Origin: Candidatus Latescibacterota bacterium
GTDB taxonomy: Bacteria > Latescibacterota > UBA2968
Assembly (NCBI GenBank): GCA_965205975.1
Contig: OZ242195.1
Span: forward strand, 448,001-512,000
Length of the DNA stretch: 64,000 nt
Direction of reading: 5' to 3'
The position numbers were made by a program, and so were the translations under genes. This document shows positions 19,175 through 29,197 of this stretch, piece by piece. The notes under the pieces are model-generated. The model had not been told where the DNA came from, searched no databases, and saw nothing but the letters and a program-made list of their open reading frames with translations. Numbering within the stretch: position 1 is the first letter of the stretch; each line of letters starts with the position of its first letter.

Positions 19175-20785
19175 TTACACTTCACGGCACGGCTTTCGCA
19201 CTATGACGAGGTTGAGGGTGGGATCCCGAAGGGCGTCTCGGAAGACAGCGCGCATCAGGTCGTCGGTGTCTTGTTCCTGGACTTCGCGGACTCGTGACGC
19301 TCCGCAGGCAAGGGCGAGGTCGCGCATAGTGACTTGTGGTCCGGCTTCGCCGTTTATTTGAACGCCCTGATCGGGAGTGGTTTGTCCGCCAGTGGTGAGC
19401 GAGCCACCATTGTCGAGTACCATAACAATGGGCGTTGCACCTGTGGCGCGCGCATGGACGAGGGCATTGATGCCGCCGTGATAAAAGGCGGAGTCGCCAC
19501 ATATTGCAATGGTGCGTTCGGCAATGTCCGTTTTGCTCAGACCACAGGCTACGCCAATAGCGGATCCCATCGAAAGTTTGGTGTCGAGCATGGGAGCGGC
19601 CATTACCACGCATCCCGGATCGGCAGATATAAAGGGGTTTTGGCCGAGGGCATTGGCTTCTTCGCGCAACGCAGTAAGGATTTCTGTGAAGGGACAGCCA
19701 GCGCAGTGGTTTTTGCGAAAAGGTTTTTCGCTTTCCCAATTTTCTTCGGTGTAGCGCGTGGTTGGCGAGAAACCGGAGAGATAGTTGTCGAGTGCGTTTT
19801 GTATGTGCCAGCGGAAGAGTTCACCCACGCTGGTGAGATGTCCCGTGCGCTTGCCCAGGATTGGTGGGGTAAAACCGGCGTCGTAACCAATGGCTTTGAT
19901 GGCGTCTTCAATATAGGGATCGACTTCTTCAACGACGAGTACTTCGCTACACTTTGCGAGAAAGTCCGCGATGAGTTTTTGAGGTAGGGGATACAGGGCA
20001 CTGAGTTTGAAGATGGAGAGGTCAGATGTGTCTGCTCCGTCGAGCGCATCAAGGAGTTTGGTATGTACCATGCCACAAGCTATGATGCCTTTTTTTCCAT
20101 CGCCATCTATGCTATTGAAGGGCAGGTCGCTAAATTGTGCGGTGGCACGCTCGATTTTTTCGTGTAATTCTGTGTGGTTGCCTTCGGTTGTGCGAAGTGC
20201 CGATATCCAGCTCATTGGCTCGCGGTCGGGTTCGCGGGTGGCGTGTTGCGCTGCGGGGCGAAACTCGGAAAGGGCTTGCGTGCTGACGCTGTAACTTCTG
20301 GTCAGGCGCAAGATCACGATGGATTGCAGGCTCTCTGAGTATTCAAAAGCCCATTTTATCATGTCGCGGCCTTCCCCAGGCGTGGCGGGTTCGAGCATTG
20401 GGAGTTCGGCCAGGGGGCCAAGGGTGCGCGTATCTTGCTCGTTTTGCGATCCCCAGGCACCGGGATCATCGCCCATGACAATGACGAGTCCGGCGTGTAC
20501 ACCGGTCATGTTGAGCACCATCAGGGTATCGAGCGCGACGTTCATGCCCACGCTTTTGAGACATACGAGCGCGCGCTTGCCGCCTTGTGATGCACCGGCA
20601 GCCATATCGAGGGCAATGCGTTCATTGATACACCATTCGGCGTGGTGTCCGTGGTCTTTGGCCATTTCGGCCATGGCGTTAAATGTGTTTGTGCCGGGTG
20701 AACCGGGATACCCGGTTACAACGCCGACGCCCGCTTCTACCGCACCCCATGCCAGGGCGCGTTCTCCGTCAATGGTTTGGGCCAT
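19175..20785 (-). CDS. iorA: Indolepyruvate ferredoxin oxidoreductase alpha-like TPP enzyme, without C-terminal ferredoxin domain
   Basis: GYPGSPG, EWCINE, KSVGMNVALD, DDPG..GSQNEQD, CAGCP and GDSAFYHGG..LDN motifs. Confidence 0.78.
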   Translation of the reverse strand: MAQTIDGERALAWGAVEAGVGVVTGYPGSPGTNTFNAMAEMAKDHGHHAEWCINERIALDMAAGASQGGKRALVCLKSVGMNVALDTLMVLNMTGVHAGLVIVMGDDPGAWGSQNEQDTRTLGPLAELPMLEPATPGEGRDMIKWAFEYSESLQSIVILRLTRSYSVSTQALSEFRPAAQHATREPDREPMSWISALRTTEGNHTELHEKIERATAQFSDLPFNSIDGDGKKGIIACGMVHTKLLDALDGADTSDLSIFKLSALYPLPQKLIADFLAKCSEVLVVEEVDPYIEDAIKAIGYDAGFTPPILGKRTGHLTSVGELFRWHIQNALDNYLSGFSPTTRYTEENWESEKPFRKNHCAGCPFTEILTALREEANALGQNPFISADPGCVVMAAPMLDTKLSMGSAIGVACGLSKTDIAERTIAICGDSAFYHGGINALVHARATGATPIVMVLDNGGSLTTGGQTTPDQGVQINGEAGPQVTMRDLALACGASRVREVQEQDTDDLMRAVFRDALRDPTLNLVIVRKPCREV

Positions 20786-20889
20786 TTTTGTACTCCTGAA
20801 TGAAAAACGGGTGATAACAATGGAAATATTAAAGTGTGTATGGGCGTATTTGTCAAGCACAGAAGGCGTTGTACGGCGATGGGATAGAA

Positions 20890-22259
20890 TCAAATAAATC
20901 CAATTATACGCCAGTATAATAGGGTCAGTGGAAGCAGTGCGATGAGCGTTATCAGAGAAATCAGCGACATCACGAGTACGAATTGGCCCATTCGGGCATA
21001 GCGAAAGCTGTACGCGACAATAAATGGCGCGCCCTGATAGGGGATGAAAACCACGCCTGTGCCAATTGCCAGGCTGAGGGCGATGGGTAGGGGCGACAGG
21101 CCGAGTTGAGGGCCGAGGTCGAGCAGAAAGGGGGCGAGCACGCCGCCAACCGCAGCGGTGTCCATTAAAAAATCAAATGGCACGGCCAGATACGCTATGA
21201 TGGCGAGTTGGGCAATGGGGGTTTCGACGGTTTGGAGATGGTGGATGAATACGGATGCGAGGGCGCGATTGAGGCCGGATTGTTCGAGGGCGTGACCGAT
21301 AGCAAAAACCGCGGAGATGAATATGAGAAGGGGAAAATTGACTTTTTGATGGTGTCAAAAGGCAAGGGTCCCCAGCCGGGTAGATAGCAGAGGAGGACGA
21401 GGCCCAGGCCGATATAGACCGGGTGTATGCCGTGTATAACATCGGTCGTCCACAGGAGAACACCTGCGATGAGAATGCCGAGTATTTTTTTTTCGGGACC
21501 GGTCATGTGGGCGGGAACATCGGCGATAGCGGAATGGCCCGAGAGATCGGGTTCCTTTGAGGGGCGAAATAGCAAACGGATAAGGCCGTAGAGCAGACCA
21601 ACGCGCAGGAGGCCAATGATGGGAAAGAGATAATAGGCCCATTCGCTCCAATAGACTGTGATATCGCGCGATTCGAGAACGCCGAGAATAACCAGATTGG
21701 GTACGCCGGCCGTCAGTATGCCCGTGCCGCTGTAATACGTGGCGCAGGTTAGCGAGAGGACGAGAGCAGCGCTGACTTTTGAGTTAGGAGCCTCGCCGAG
21801 GGTTTTGAGCAGAGATACGACCATAGGCATCAAGATGAGGACGCGCACGACGCCAGAGGGGATCAACAGTGCCATTGTGAGGCCCAGGATGTGCAGGCCA
21901 AAGACGAGTTGTCGATACCCACTCAGACGACCGAGTACGCTTTGGGCCATTCGCGCTCCCAAAGGCGTTTCGGTAATGCCGAGGCTCAATGCCATTCCGG
22001 CAAAGACGAGCCAGACAGCTTTGCCGGAAAAGCCCTGAAAAGTGGTTTCAAAAGAGAGGATGTCGAGAAGCGGGAAGAGTGTGAGGATGAAGATGGCGGT
22101 GTAGGAAATGGGGATGGGTTCAAAGGTCCAGAAAATAACGGTGAGCGCGGTGAAGGCGAGTGCCATGCGGGCAGATATGCCGAGGTCACTGGGGAAAATA
22201 CAAATAAATAGTGCCAGCGCGGGACCGAGGATGAGGCCAATGGTTTGAGATCGGGTCAT
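20890..22259 (-). pseudogene. SLC13/DASS family anion permease with a single-base frameshift (pseudogene or sequencing error)
   Basis: Adding one A to the A5 run at 21343-21347 joins ORFs 21195-22259 and 20890-21183 into one 456-aa frame (...DTIKKVNFPLLIFISAVFAIGHALEQSG...). Confidence 0.85.
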
Positions 22260-22397
22260 ATTAGTCGTTTATTTTTGGATGTGCCTGCAAGATAAGAGGG
22301 TATGAGGTGATGGACAAATGAATTGTGGGCAGATGGATTCGCTATTGATTAAGTACAAGAAATCGCGTAGTTTAGCGCGGAGAAAGGAGATAAGACT

Positions 22398-23567
22398 ATG
22401 AATTTTAGAGGCAAATTGGTTGATACGTCGCAGGTTGTGACCGTGCAAACAGATGGCGAGCAGATCGCGGCTATTCATCGCGGGAGGGAGGGTGATGCGG
22501 TTGGTGGAGACGATGTGTGGATTGCGCCAGCGATTTTTGATGTGCAGGTCAATGGTGTGGGTGGAATCAACTATAAAGCTAAAGATTTGACGGTGGAGAA
22601 AATTGTGGAGACGGCGGCGTGGATGCACAGGACGGGTACGGGTTTGTGGTGTCCCACGGTGACGACTTCATCTGAGGAAGATGCGGTTCACGGTCTGGAA
22701 CTGTTGGCAAAGGCGTGTGAAGAATCAAAAGACGCGCGTGCGTCTTTTGCCGGGTTCCACGTTGAGGGACCTTATATCGCGTCTGAAGACGGTCCCCGCG
22801 GGGCGCATCCCCTGGCGCATGTGCGCGATCCGGATTGGGATGAATTTCAGCGGTATCAAGAAGCGGCTGGTGGGCGTATTGCGATTTTTACGCTTGCGCC
22901 CGAGCGAGACGGCGCATTGGAGTTTATTGAGAAGGTGGCTGCAACGGGTGTTATTGTTTCAATTGGTCATTCGGGTGCAAGTCCCGAGCGCATCCAGGAG
23001 GCGGTTGCCGCCGGTGCCCAAATGTCAACCCATCTGGGCAATGGCGCGCATGCCGAGTTGCCGCGTCATCCCAATTATATATGGGAACAACTCGCGGCAG
23101 ATGCGTTGTGGGCAGGGATTATTCCGGACGGGTTTCACCTGCCGCCTGCGGTGTTGAAGAGTTTTTATCGCGCAAAAGGCAAAGAACGCCTGTGTCTGGT
23201 GAGCGATGTGGCATCTATCGCTGGCTTGTCGCCGGGTATTTACGGTGGTGAAAGCGGGTTAGGAAGGAGCGAGTTGCACGCCAATGGCAAAATTTCGCTG
23301 GCGGGAACGCCTTATCTCGCGGGTGCGGGTTTGTTTCTGGACAGTGGTATCCCCAATGCTGTGCGATTTACAGACGCTTCGCTGTCCGATGCTATTGAAA
23401 TGACATCGATCAATCCGGCGCGTTTGTTGGGGATAGAAGACCGCGTGGGGTCTGTGGAAGTCGGCAAAGAGGCGAGTTTGTCTTTGTTCCGCTGGGAAGA
23501 AGGGCAGGAGAAATTGGATGTGGTGGCGACGGTGGTGCGGGGGCAGGTTGTTTATCAGGCAGTATAA
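22398..23567 (+). CDS. nagA: N-acetylglucosamine-6-phosphate deacetylase family
   Basis: DVQVNG, HVEGP..GPRGAH, TLAPE, SIGH, THLGN, DGFH and NPARLLG motifs. Confidence 0.88.
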   Translation: MNFRGKLVDTSQVVTVQTDGEQIAAIHRGREGDAVGGDDVWIAPAIFDVQVNGVGGINYKAKDLTVEKIVETAAWMHRTGTGLWCPTVTTSSEEDAVHGLELLAKACEESKDARASFAGFHVEGPYIASEDGPRGAHPLAHVRDPDWDEFQRYQEAAGGRIAIFTLAPERDGALEFIEKVAATGVIVSIGHSGASPERIQEAVAAGAQMSTHLGNGAHAELPRHPNYIWEQLAADALWAGIIPDGFHLPPAVLKSFYRAKGKERLCLVSDVASIAGLSPGIYGGESGLGRSELHANGKISLAGTPYLAGAGLFLDSGIPNAVRFTDASLSDAIEMTSINPARLLGIEDRVGSVEVGKEASLSLFRWEEGQEKLDVVATVVRGQVVYQAV

Positions 23568-23578
23568 AGGAATGTGAT

Positions 23579-24424
23579 ATGGCGAAAAAAAAGGTTGTTC
23601 TAACAGGTGCATCGGGCTATGTGGCGGGGCGGATGTTGCCGGCATTGCGCGAGAGGTACGATCTGACATTGTTGGATGTGAAGACGACCAACCGCGCAGG
23701 TGAAGAGGTTGGAGGCGTGCAAGTTGTGGATTTGGAAAACTCGGATCGGGATGCGTATCGCGCCCATTTTCAAGGTGCCGATGCTGTGGTACATAGCGGG
23801 TTTAAGGGGACTGTGGATTGGCAACACACGGATTATTGGAAGGAGTCCGATAATATTCGAATGTGCCACAATGTGTACCAGACTTGTGTCGAAGAGGGTG
23901 TGAAACGCATTGTGGTGATGAGTTCAAATCACGCATGCGATTTTTACGAGCGGTTGATCTGGTCCGACCGATTGGATTTTGCCACGGCTGATATGCTGCC
24001 TCTGTCTGATAATTTTTACGGTTGGGCAAAGTCGTCGTACGAACATCTGGCCTTTGTGTTTGCAACGGGTAATGCGACCAATGGCAAGCGGTTGGAGAGT
24101 GTCCACATTCGCATTGGCGCGCCCCGAGATACCATTATGGAAGGGCAGTCTGCAGATGATTTGAAGCAGTTGCACCGGGAATTGGGCGCGTATTTGAGTG
24201 CGCGAGATTTGTCTCAACTGGTGATTAAGAGTATTGAGACAGAGAATATTGAAGATGAAAATGGGGTGCCGTTTCAGGTATTTTTTGGCATTAGTGGGAA
24301 TACGCACCGGTTCTGGAATATCGACAATGCAAGGCGCGTTGTGGGATACGCGCCAGAGGATGATAGTCAGATTCGGTTTGCGGATCAAATCGCGGAAATT
24401 CTTGTAAACGCAAAACACCAGTAA
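23579..24424 (+). CDS. NAD-dependent epimerase/dehydratase (uronate-dehydrogenase-like extended SDR)
   Basis: TGASGYVA, SSNHA, YGWAK and GISGN...GYAPED motifs. Confidence 0.85.
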   Translation: MAKKKVVLTGASGYVAGRMLPALRERYDLTLLDVKTTNRAGEEVGGVQVVDLENSDRDAYRAHFQGADAVVHSGFKGTVDWQHTDYWKESDNIRMCHNVYQTCVEEGVKRIVVMSSNHACDFYERLIWSDRLDFATADMLPLSDNFYGWAKSSYEHLAFVFATGNATNGKRLESVHIRIGAPRDTIMEGQSADDLKQLHRELGAYLSARDLSQLVIKSIETENIEDENGVPFQVFFGISGNTHRFWNIDNARRVVGYAPEDDSQIRFADQIAEILVNAKHQ

Positions 24425-24434
24425 GGATGCATGT

Positions 24435-25565
24435 ATGTGGATCCGTATTATGTTGACCGTTTGTTCGGTGTTTGTGTTGACAGGTCCGGCATTGGCTGGC
24501 GACATGACCCACGTCCCGGACAGGGACTTCGATACGCTACGCGCCGCAGGAAACAGAAACCCCACAGGGATCTGGTCGGACGGGATGACCATGTGGGTGG
24601 CGGATAGGAGCGCTAAAATTTATGCCTACAACATGAGGTTCAGAGCACGTGACCGGGGCAGGGACTTCAATACGCTAGCCGCCGAAAACGAATCTCCTGC
24701 AGGGATCTGGTCAGACGGAACAACCATGTGGGTGGTGGACCTTGCTGACGGTAGGATTTATGCTTACAACATGAGATCTAAAGCCCGTGACAAGGACCAG
24801 GAATTCGATCTCGCCGTAGAACACGACGTCCCTGAAGGGATCTGGTCGGATGGGACAACCATGTGGGTGAAGGAAAGCTCTTACCAATTCGATAAAATTT
24901 ATGCCTACAACATGAGGTCTAAAGCTCGTGATCCGAACAAGGACTTCAATACGCTAAAAGACGCCGGAGAACAAAGCACTGACGGGATCTGGTCGGACGG
25001 GACGACCATGTTGGTAGCAGACGGATATCGGCATAAAATTTACGCCTACAACATGAGATCTAAAGCCCGTGACCGGGGCAAGGAATTCGATCTCGCCGCA
25101 GGAAACATCTCCCCTACGGGTATCTGGTCAGATGGAACGACTATATGGGTAGCGGACTACGGGGGCCACATTTATGCCTACGGCGGTCTGGGTGCCACCA
25201 GTGAGCAGGACATCCAGGACTTTTCAATGAAAATCAGCGGCTCGACGGGGACCCTGAAGATTTGCGTGCGAGACCACGAATGCGAAGATGGCGATAAGAT
25301 CCGCGTTGATGTAGATGGCAGGAGCATATTTTCCGGAGAGATTGACAACGACTGGGACTGCTACACGCTGGATGTGTGGGCAGGCGAGAGCTATGCGGTG
25401 GAATTAACAGCCCTCAACGGCACGGGATACAAGGGGGACTGTAGCTACCGAGACGAAAACACGGGTGAGATCCGCGTTACTGGAGAGAATACGGAAACGC
25501 AAGTATGGCGTCATAGGGGTGGTGCTGGATCGAAGGCCCGAATCATTGTGGAAACAGTCAGGTGA
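24435..25565 (+). CDS. Secreted protein with five GIWSDG..MWV..KIYAY repeats (putative beta-propeller) and a Cys-containing C-terminal domain
   Basis: Signal peptide (ALA); five ~47-aa repeats visible at protein and DNA level. Confidence 0.8.
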   Translation: MWIRIMLTVCSVFVLTGPALAGDMTHVPDRDFDTLRAAGNRNPTGIWSDGMTMWVADRSAKIYAYNMRFRARDRGRDFNTLAAENESPAGIWSDGTTMWVVDLADGRIYAYNMRSKARDKDQEFDLAVEHDVPEGIWSDGTTMWVKESSYQFDKIYAYNMRSKARDPNKDFNTLKDAGEQSTDGIWSDGTTMLVADGYRHKIYAYNMRSKARDRGKEFDLAAGNISPTGIWSDGTTIWVADYGGHIYAYGGLGATSEQDIQDFSMKISGSTGTLKICVRDHECEDGDKIRVDVDGRSIFSGEIDNDWDCYTLDVWAGESYAVELTALNGTGYKGDCSYRDENTGEIRVTGENTETQVWRHRGGAGSKARIIVETVR

Positions 25566-25621
25566 CCTCCAAATGGCGTCGTAAGCCGTGTCTGTTTTAA
25601 GCCTGCGAGAAAGGGTTCAGT

Positions 25622-26395
25622 ATGTGGCGTAAATTTGTAGTACTGGCAGTTGTGATGAGTTGTTGGCCGGTGTATTCAGTAAATTCCCAACCGAGTTTTC
25701 CAATACCTGAGATGGTGGTGATTCCATCGGGTAGTTTTAAGATGGGTTGCGTGTCGGGTATAAACTGCAATGATGATGAGAAGCCTGTGCATGAAGTGAA
25801 GATAGACTCGTTTGCCCTGTCGAAATATGAGGTGACGTTTGAGGAGTATGATGCTTTCACTGATGCGACGGGGCGCGAGCGTGCAGGCGATGGAGGCTGG
25901 GGTCGAGGTCGTCGTCCTGTGATCAGTGTTTCGTGGTATGATGCGATGATGTACGCAGAGTGGCTATCGGAGCAGACAGGGGATCGTTATCGTTTGCCGA
26001 GTGAGGCGGAGTGGGAGTATGCAGCGCGCGCTGGCTCAACGACGGTGTATAGCTGGGGCAACGAGATTGGTCGCAACCGCGCCAATTGTGATGGATGCGG
26101 CAGTGTGTGGGGTGGTGAGAGGTCAGCACTGGTGGGATCGTTCAGTGCCAATAAATGGGGTCTTCACGATATGCACGGCAATGTGATTGAGTGGGTGCTA
26201 GATTGTTGGAATAAGTATTACGAGGGGGCACCGACAGATGGTTTTGCCTGGTTGTCTGGAGACTGCTCTAAGCGCGTGGTGCGTGGTGGTGCGTGGACCT
26301 TCGTTCCGAGTGTCTTGCGTTCGGCGGATCGCAGCTGGCGCACCACCGATTTCCGGAGCTATTACAACGGTTTTCGAGTTGTCCGGGATCTTTAA
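25622..26395 (+). CDS. FGE-sulfatase/SUMF1 (CLec-fold) domain protein 1, secreted; candidate DGR target
   Basis: FKMG, EKPVHEV, RLPSEAEWEYAARAG, GLHDMHGNV, RGG...GFRV motifs; lacks the catalytic Cys pair. Confidence 0.9.
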   Translation: MWRKFVVLAVVMSCWPVYSVNSQPSFPIPEMVVIPSGSFKMGCVSGINCNDDEKPVHEVKIDSFALSKYEVTFEEYDAFTDATGRERAGDGGWGRGRRPVISVSWYDAMMYAEWLSEQTGDRYRLPSEAEWEYAARAGSTTVYSWGNEIGRNRANCDGCGSVWGGERSALVGSFSANKWGLHDMHGNVIEWVLDCWNKYYEGAPTDGFAWLSGDCSKRVVRGGAWTFVPSVLRSADRSWRTTDFRSYYNGFRVVRDL

Positions 26396-26501
26396 CTCCT
26401 GATTCTTTACCTCTTTACCTCGGTGACGGCACCTGTGCCGCGGTTATGTCCTCATAGCTCGTAAAGATGTTGACCGCGGCCAACCCGTGGTACGGGTGGT
26501 T

Positions 26502-26651
26502 TTGGGGTTGTCGATTACTTATGCCATTGTTCGCAATCACGATGGGGAGATTACTGGGGAGAGTGAACAGGGCGTGGGGACGACGTTCAGAGTGATTTTG
26601 CCGGTGGTGGGCGCAAGCTATCCGCAGATGAACGCAGATGGACGCGGATGA
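26502..26651 (+). pseudogene. C-terminal remnant of a histidine kinase HATPase_c domain
   Basis: Manual translation LGLSITYAIVRNHDGEITGESEQGVGTTFRVILPVV..., preceded out of frame by GGT ACG GGT (GTG); no start codon. Confidence 0.8.
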
Positions 26652-26739
26652 AAGGCGAATCAGGATTTACAGAGTTTGCACGGGAACAGGGTAAATCTAA
26701 CGGGAAACCGATTGCGAACAAAATGAGCGTGTGTTTTAA

Positions 26740-29181
26740 TCATCTACACTTACGTAACAGCCCCTGAAGGTTTATCCTCGGATCGTTTATCATTTTCTTG
26801 GCAATCTCATAACCTAGTTCGCGGTATGCTTCAAACTGCTCTTCATCGAAAAACTGGTCGGCAGTGCTCTGGTCGGGAAAATCAGGATTTGCGCCTTTGT
26901 AGCCTTTGAGCCGTATGCCAAGGCCCTTAATCATTGTTGTTTTGAGCAGTATCAGCGTACTCTCAGTCTTTTTTTTGTCAGGGTAGATAATTTTGCCTTT
27001 GATATAGCCTCGTTCCGCAAACTTGATACCGACGGGATAAGCGTCGGTGTTCGGATCTCGATCAATGACCTTTTGGGGGTCTGGATCACGGGGAATGATG
27101 CGTTCCAGATAGTCGTCTTTGTCAAATTTGATTTTTGCCCCGAAGTCAGTGCCGATCCGGCGCACCAGAACTTGTAAGTCTGTAAAATTAAACTCGGGGT
27201 CAGCACTGCCGTCACAACAGATTATCACCTTCACTTTACGACGCACCAACTCATATACACCCAAGTTTTCGAAATGACCGCCGTCACTAATTTGAAGCAA
27301 CTTCTGGTGTGCTGCGTAGCCGCGTGGACTTAGTTCGTGGTAGGCGGCGCGAAAGTGATTTCCGACCTTTTGAGACCTGGATTTGTCAGGGTTGGGATGT
27401 GGGACCCAATAACCGAGGCGTACGTTCAGCAAGGACATCAGTAGGGACAACAAAGGTTTTCGTGTAGGGCCTGATCCTCCGGCACCTGTGTTTGGATTGG
27501 CGGAAGCCCCGGATATGGCTACTGCTGTCGCCAGAGTGAGGGGGTCTTTCTGCATATAACAGACGGTTTTTCTCCAACCCGTCGCTGTGCTACCACAATA
27601 CTTTGGCGAAAGAAGAAAGGCATCTCCACCCCTCACCCGCCATCTGGAATCGTCCGAATTAACCAGTATCACGTTGGTATTTATTAGATGATAAGGCGCG
27701 CGCGTGCGACACATATCACTCAGTTTCGCTTTGTTGGCCTTTATTGCGGCAGAGGGTTTTCCGTCCGTATTCGGGCAGGGCATGAATGCTTCCATGAGAC
27801 GGTCCCTATAGTAGCGGTGAATCGAGATGTAGTTGAGATTTACATACCAGCCTGTCACGAGCGAGATAACTTCGCCCACCAGGAGCACCCAATTGAACCA
27901 GGCATTATCAAAGTAAAACAAGGCCAGCTTATATGACACTAACGCCAGTCCATAGAGAAATAGGATGGACGCAAGCGATGCGAGAACACTGAGAGGAATC
28001 TTTCCCTTTCCGTTGTGACCTGAGCGGTAGAAAGACCACAACCCACCAACGATGCCGAGCGAGAGTAACGCGACACTGATTGCATTTGCGTTAGGATCCT
28101 TCAACCATTCTGCCACTGTCGGAAGTGATCCCACCACGAAGAGGCCCAGACCTATAAACAAAGGCCATGGGATCCACTTCTCAAATATCCGTCGGCAAAG
28201 GTATGGGTCTTTGAGAAGTTTGAGAAGTTTGAGGATGAGTTTTCGAGTGGATAGTGAATAACTTATACTCGCAAGCAGGAACACGATCCCCATAAGGCCC
28301 GAGAGACATAGCAGTAAACCAAGTTCACCCTCGTTGCATGCCCAGCATAATGCTTTGATTTTACTCCATAAGGCACTCCACCAATTACATTCTAACAAAT
28401 GGAAGACTACTTTGACGTCATTCCATAAATTATCCATACTGGCCCATGCCACTAACATGAATACGACCATAAAGCAGACATTCTTGATGATACTTCTTAC
28501 ATTCCTTATATCCCAACTAGCCCACGATACGAACATGATCACGGTCATAAGATAGACTGCCTTGTCACCCCATAAGTCTTCCCAATTAGCCTGCGCTACT
28601 AACATGAGCACGACCATAAGAGCGACCACCAGCGGTAGCCACACCAAAAGGTTGAGAAGGATGCCTCGGAGAATCACGGCGATTAGCGATGTTGTCGTGA
28701 TCCCGTTGCCAGGTATGAGGTATTTGCCGTGTAATCGCAGATGTTTGAGAATATTGAACTTGTTCTTGCGTAGTCGTTCTTTTCGCGGGCCCTCAACGCC
28801 GTATGGGAGATTAGCACTGGTGTTCCAGGAATCTCCATCTTTCTTTAGTTTCTTGGCTTTGTCGCTGAGGAGCCATGTCAAAGCACCTCCGATGTATCCG
28901 CCTCCCGAAACCGTCGAGAGATAATCCACATGTTTGAGGCAATCCTCTTTGGCGAGTCTTTGCAGAACTCCCAGTGAGAAGGTCGCCGACCGGATTCCTC
29001 CCCCAGAAAGTGCCAGACCAACGAGATTTTTTTTAAGTTTCTGTTTCTTGTTGGATTTGCAGTGGATAGATTTCCGTCTCTTGCATATGATTTTAAGTTC
29101 TTCATTCAAGATGTCCTTTGGAATCTTGAATGACTTACACTTGGGAGGCCATACATACGATTCATTTTGCTTGACTGCCAT
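26740..29181 (-). CDS. Patatin/cPLA2-like phospholipase with a multi-TM insertion
   Basis: GLALSGGGIRSA, YLSTVSGG (Ser) and SDGGHFEN (Asp) motifs; about 9-10 TM helices in between. Confidence 0.88.
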   Translation of the reverse strand: MAVKQNESYVWPPKCKSFKIPKDILNEELKIICKRRKSIHCKSNKKQKLKKNLVGLALSGGGIRSATFSLGVLQRLAKEDCLKHVDYLSTVSGGGYIGGALTWLLSDKAKKLKKDGDSWNTSANLPYGVEGPRKERLRKNKFNILKHLRLHGKYLIPGNGITTTSLIAVILRGILLNLLVWLPLVVALMVVLMLVAQANWEDLWGDKAVYLMTVIMFVSWASWDIRNVRSIIKNVCFMVVFMLVAWASMDNLWNDVKVVFHLLECNWWSALWSKIKALCWACNEGELGLLLCLSGLMGIVFLLASISYSLSTRKLILKLLKLLKDPYLCRRIFEKWIPWPLFIGLGLFVVGSLPTVAEWLKDPNANAISVALLSLGIVGGLWSFYRSGHNGKGKIPLSVLASLASILFLYGLALVSYKLALFYFDNAWFNWVLLVGEVISLVTGWYVNLNYISIHRYYRDRLMEAFMPCPNTDGKPSAAIKANKAKLSDMCRTRAPYHLINTNVILVNSDDSRWRVRGGDAFLLSPKYCGSTATGWRKTVCYMQKDPLTLATAVAISGASANPNTGAGGSGPTRKPLLSLLMSLLNVRLGYWVPHPNPDKSRSQKVGNHFRAAYHELSPRGYAAHQKLLQISDGGHFENLGVYELVRRKVKVIICCDGSADPEFNFTDLQVLVRRIGTDFGAKIKFDKDDYLERIIPRDPDPQKVIDRDPNTDAYPVGIKFAERGYIKGKIIYPDKKKTESTLILLKTTMIKGLGIRLKGYKGANPDFPDQSTADQFFDEEQFEAYRELGYEIAKKMINDPRINLQGLLRKCR

Positions 29182-29197
29182 TGGAACCTCCGATGCC

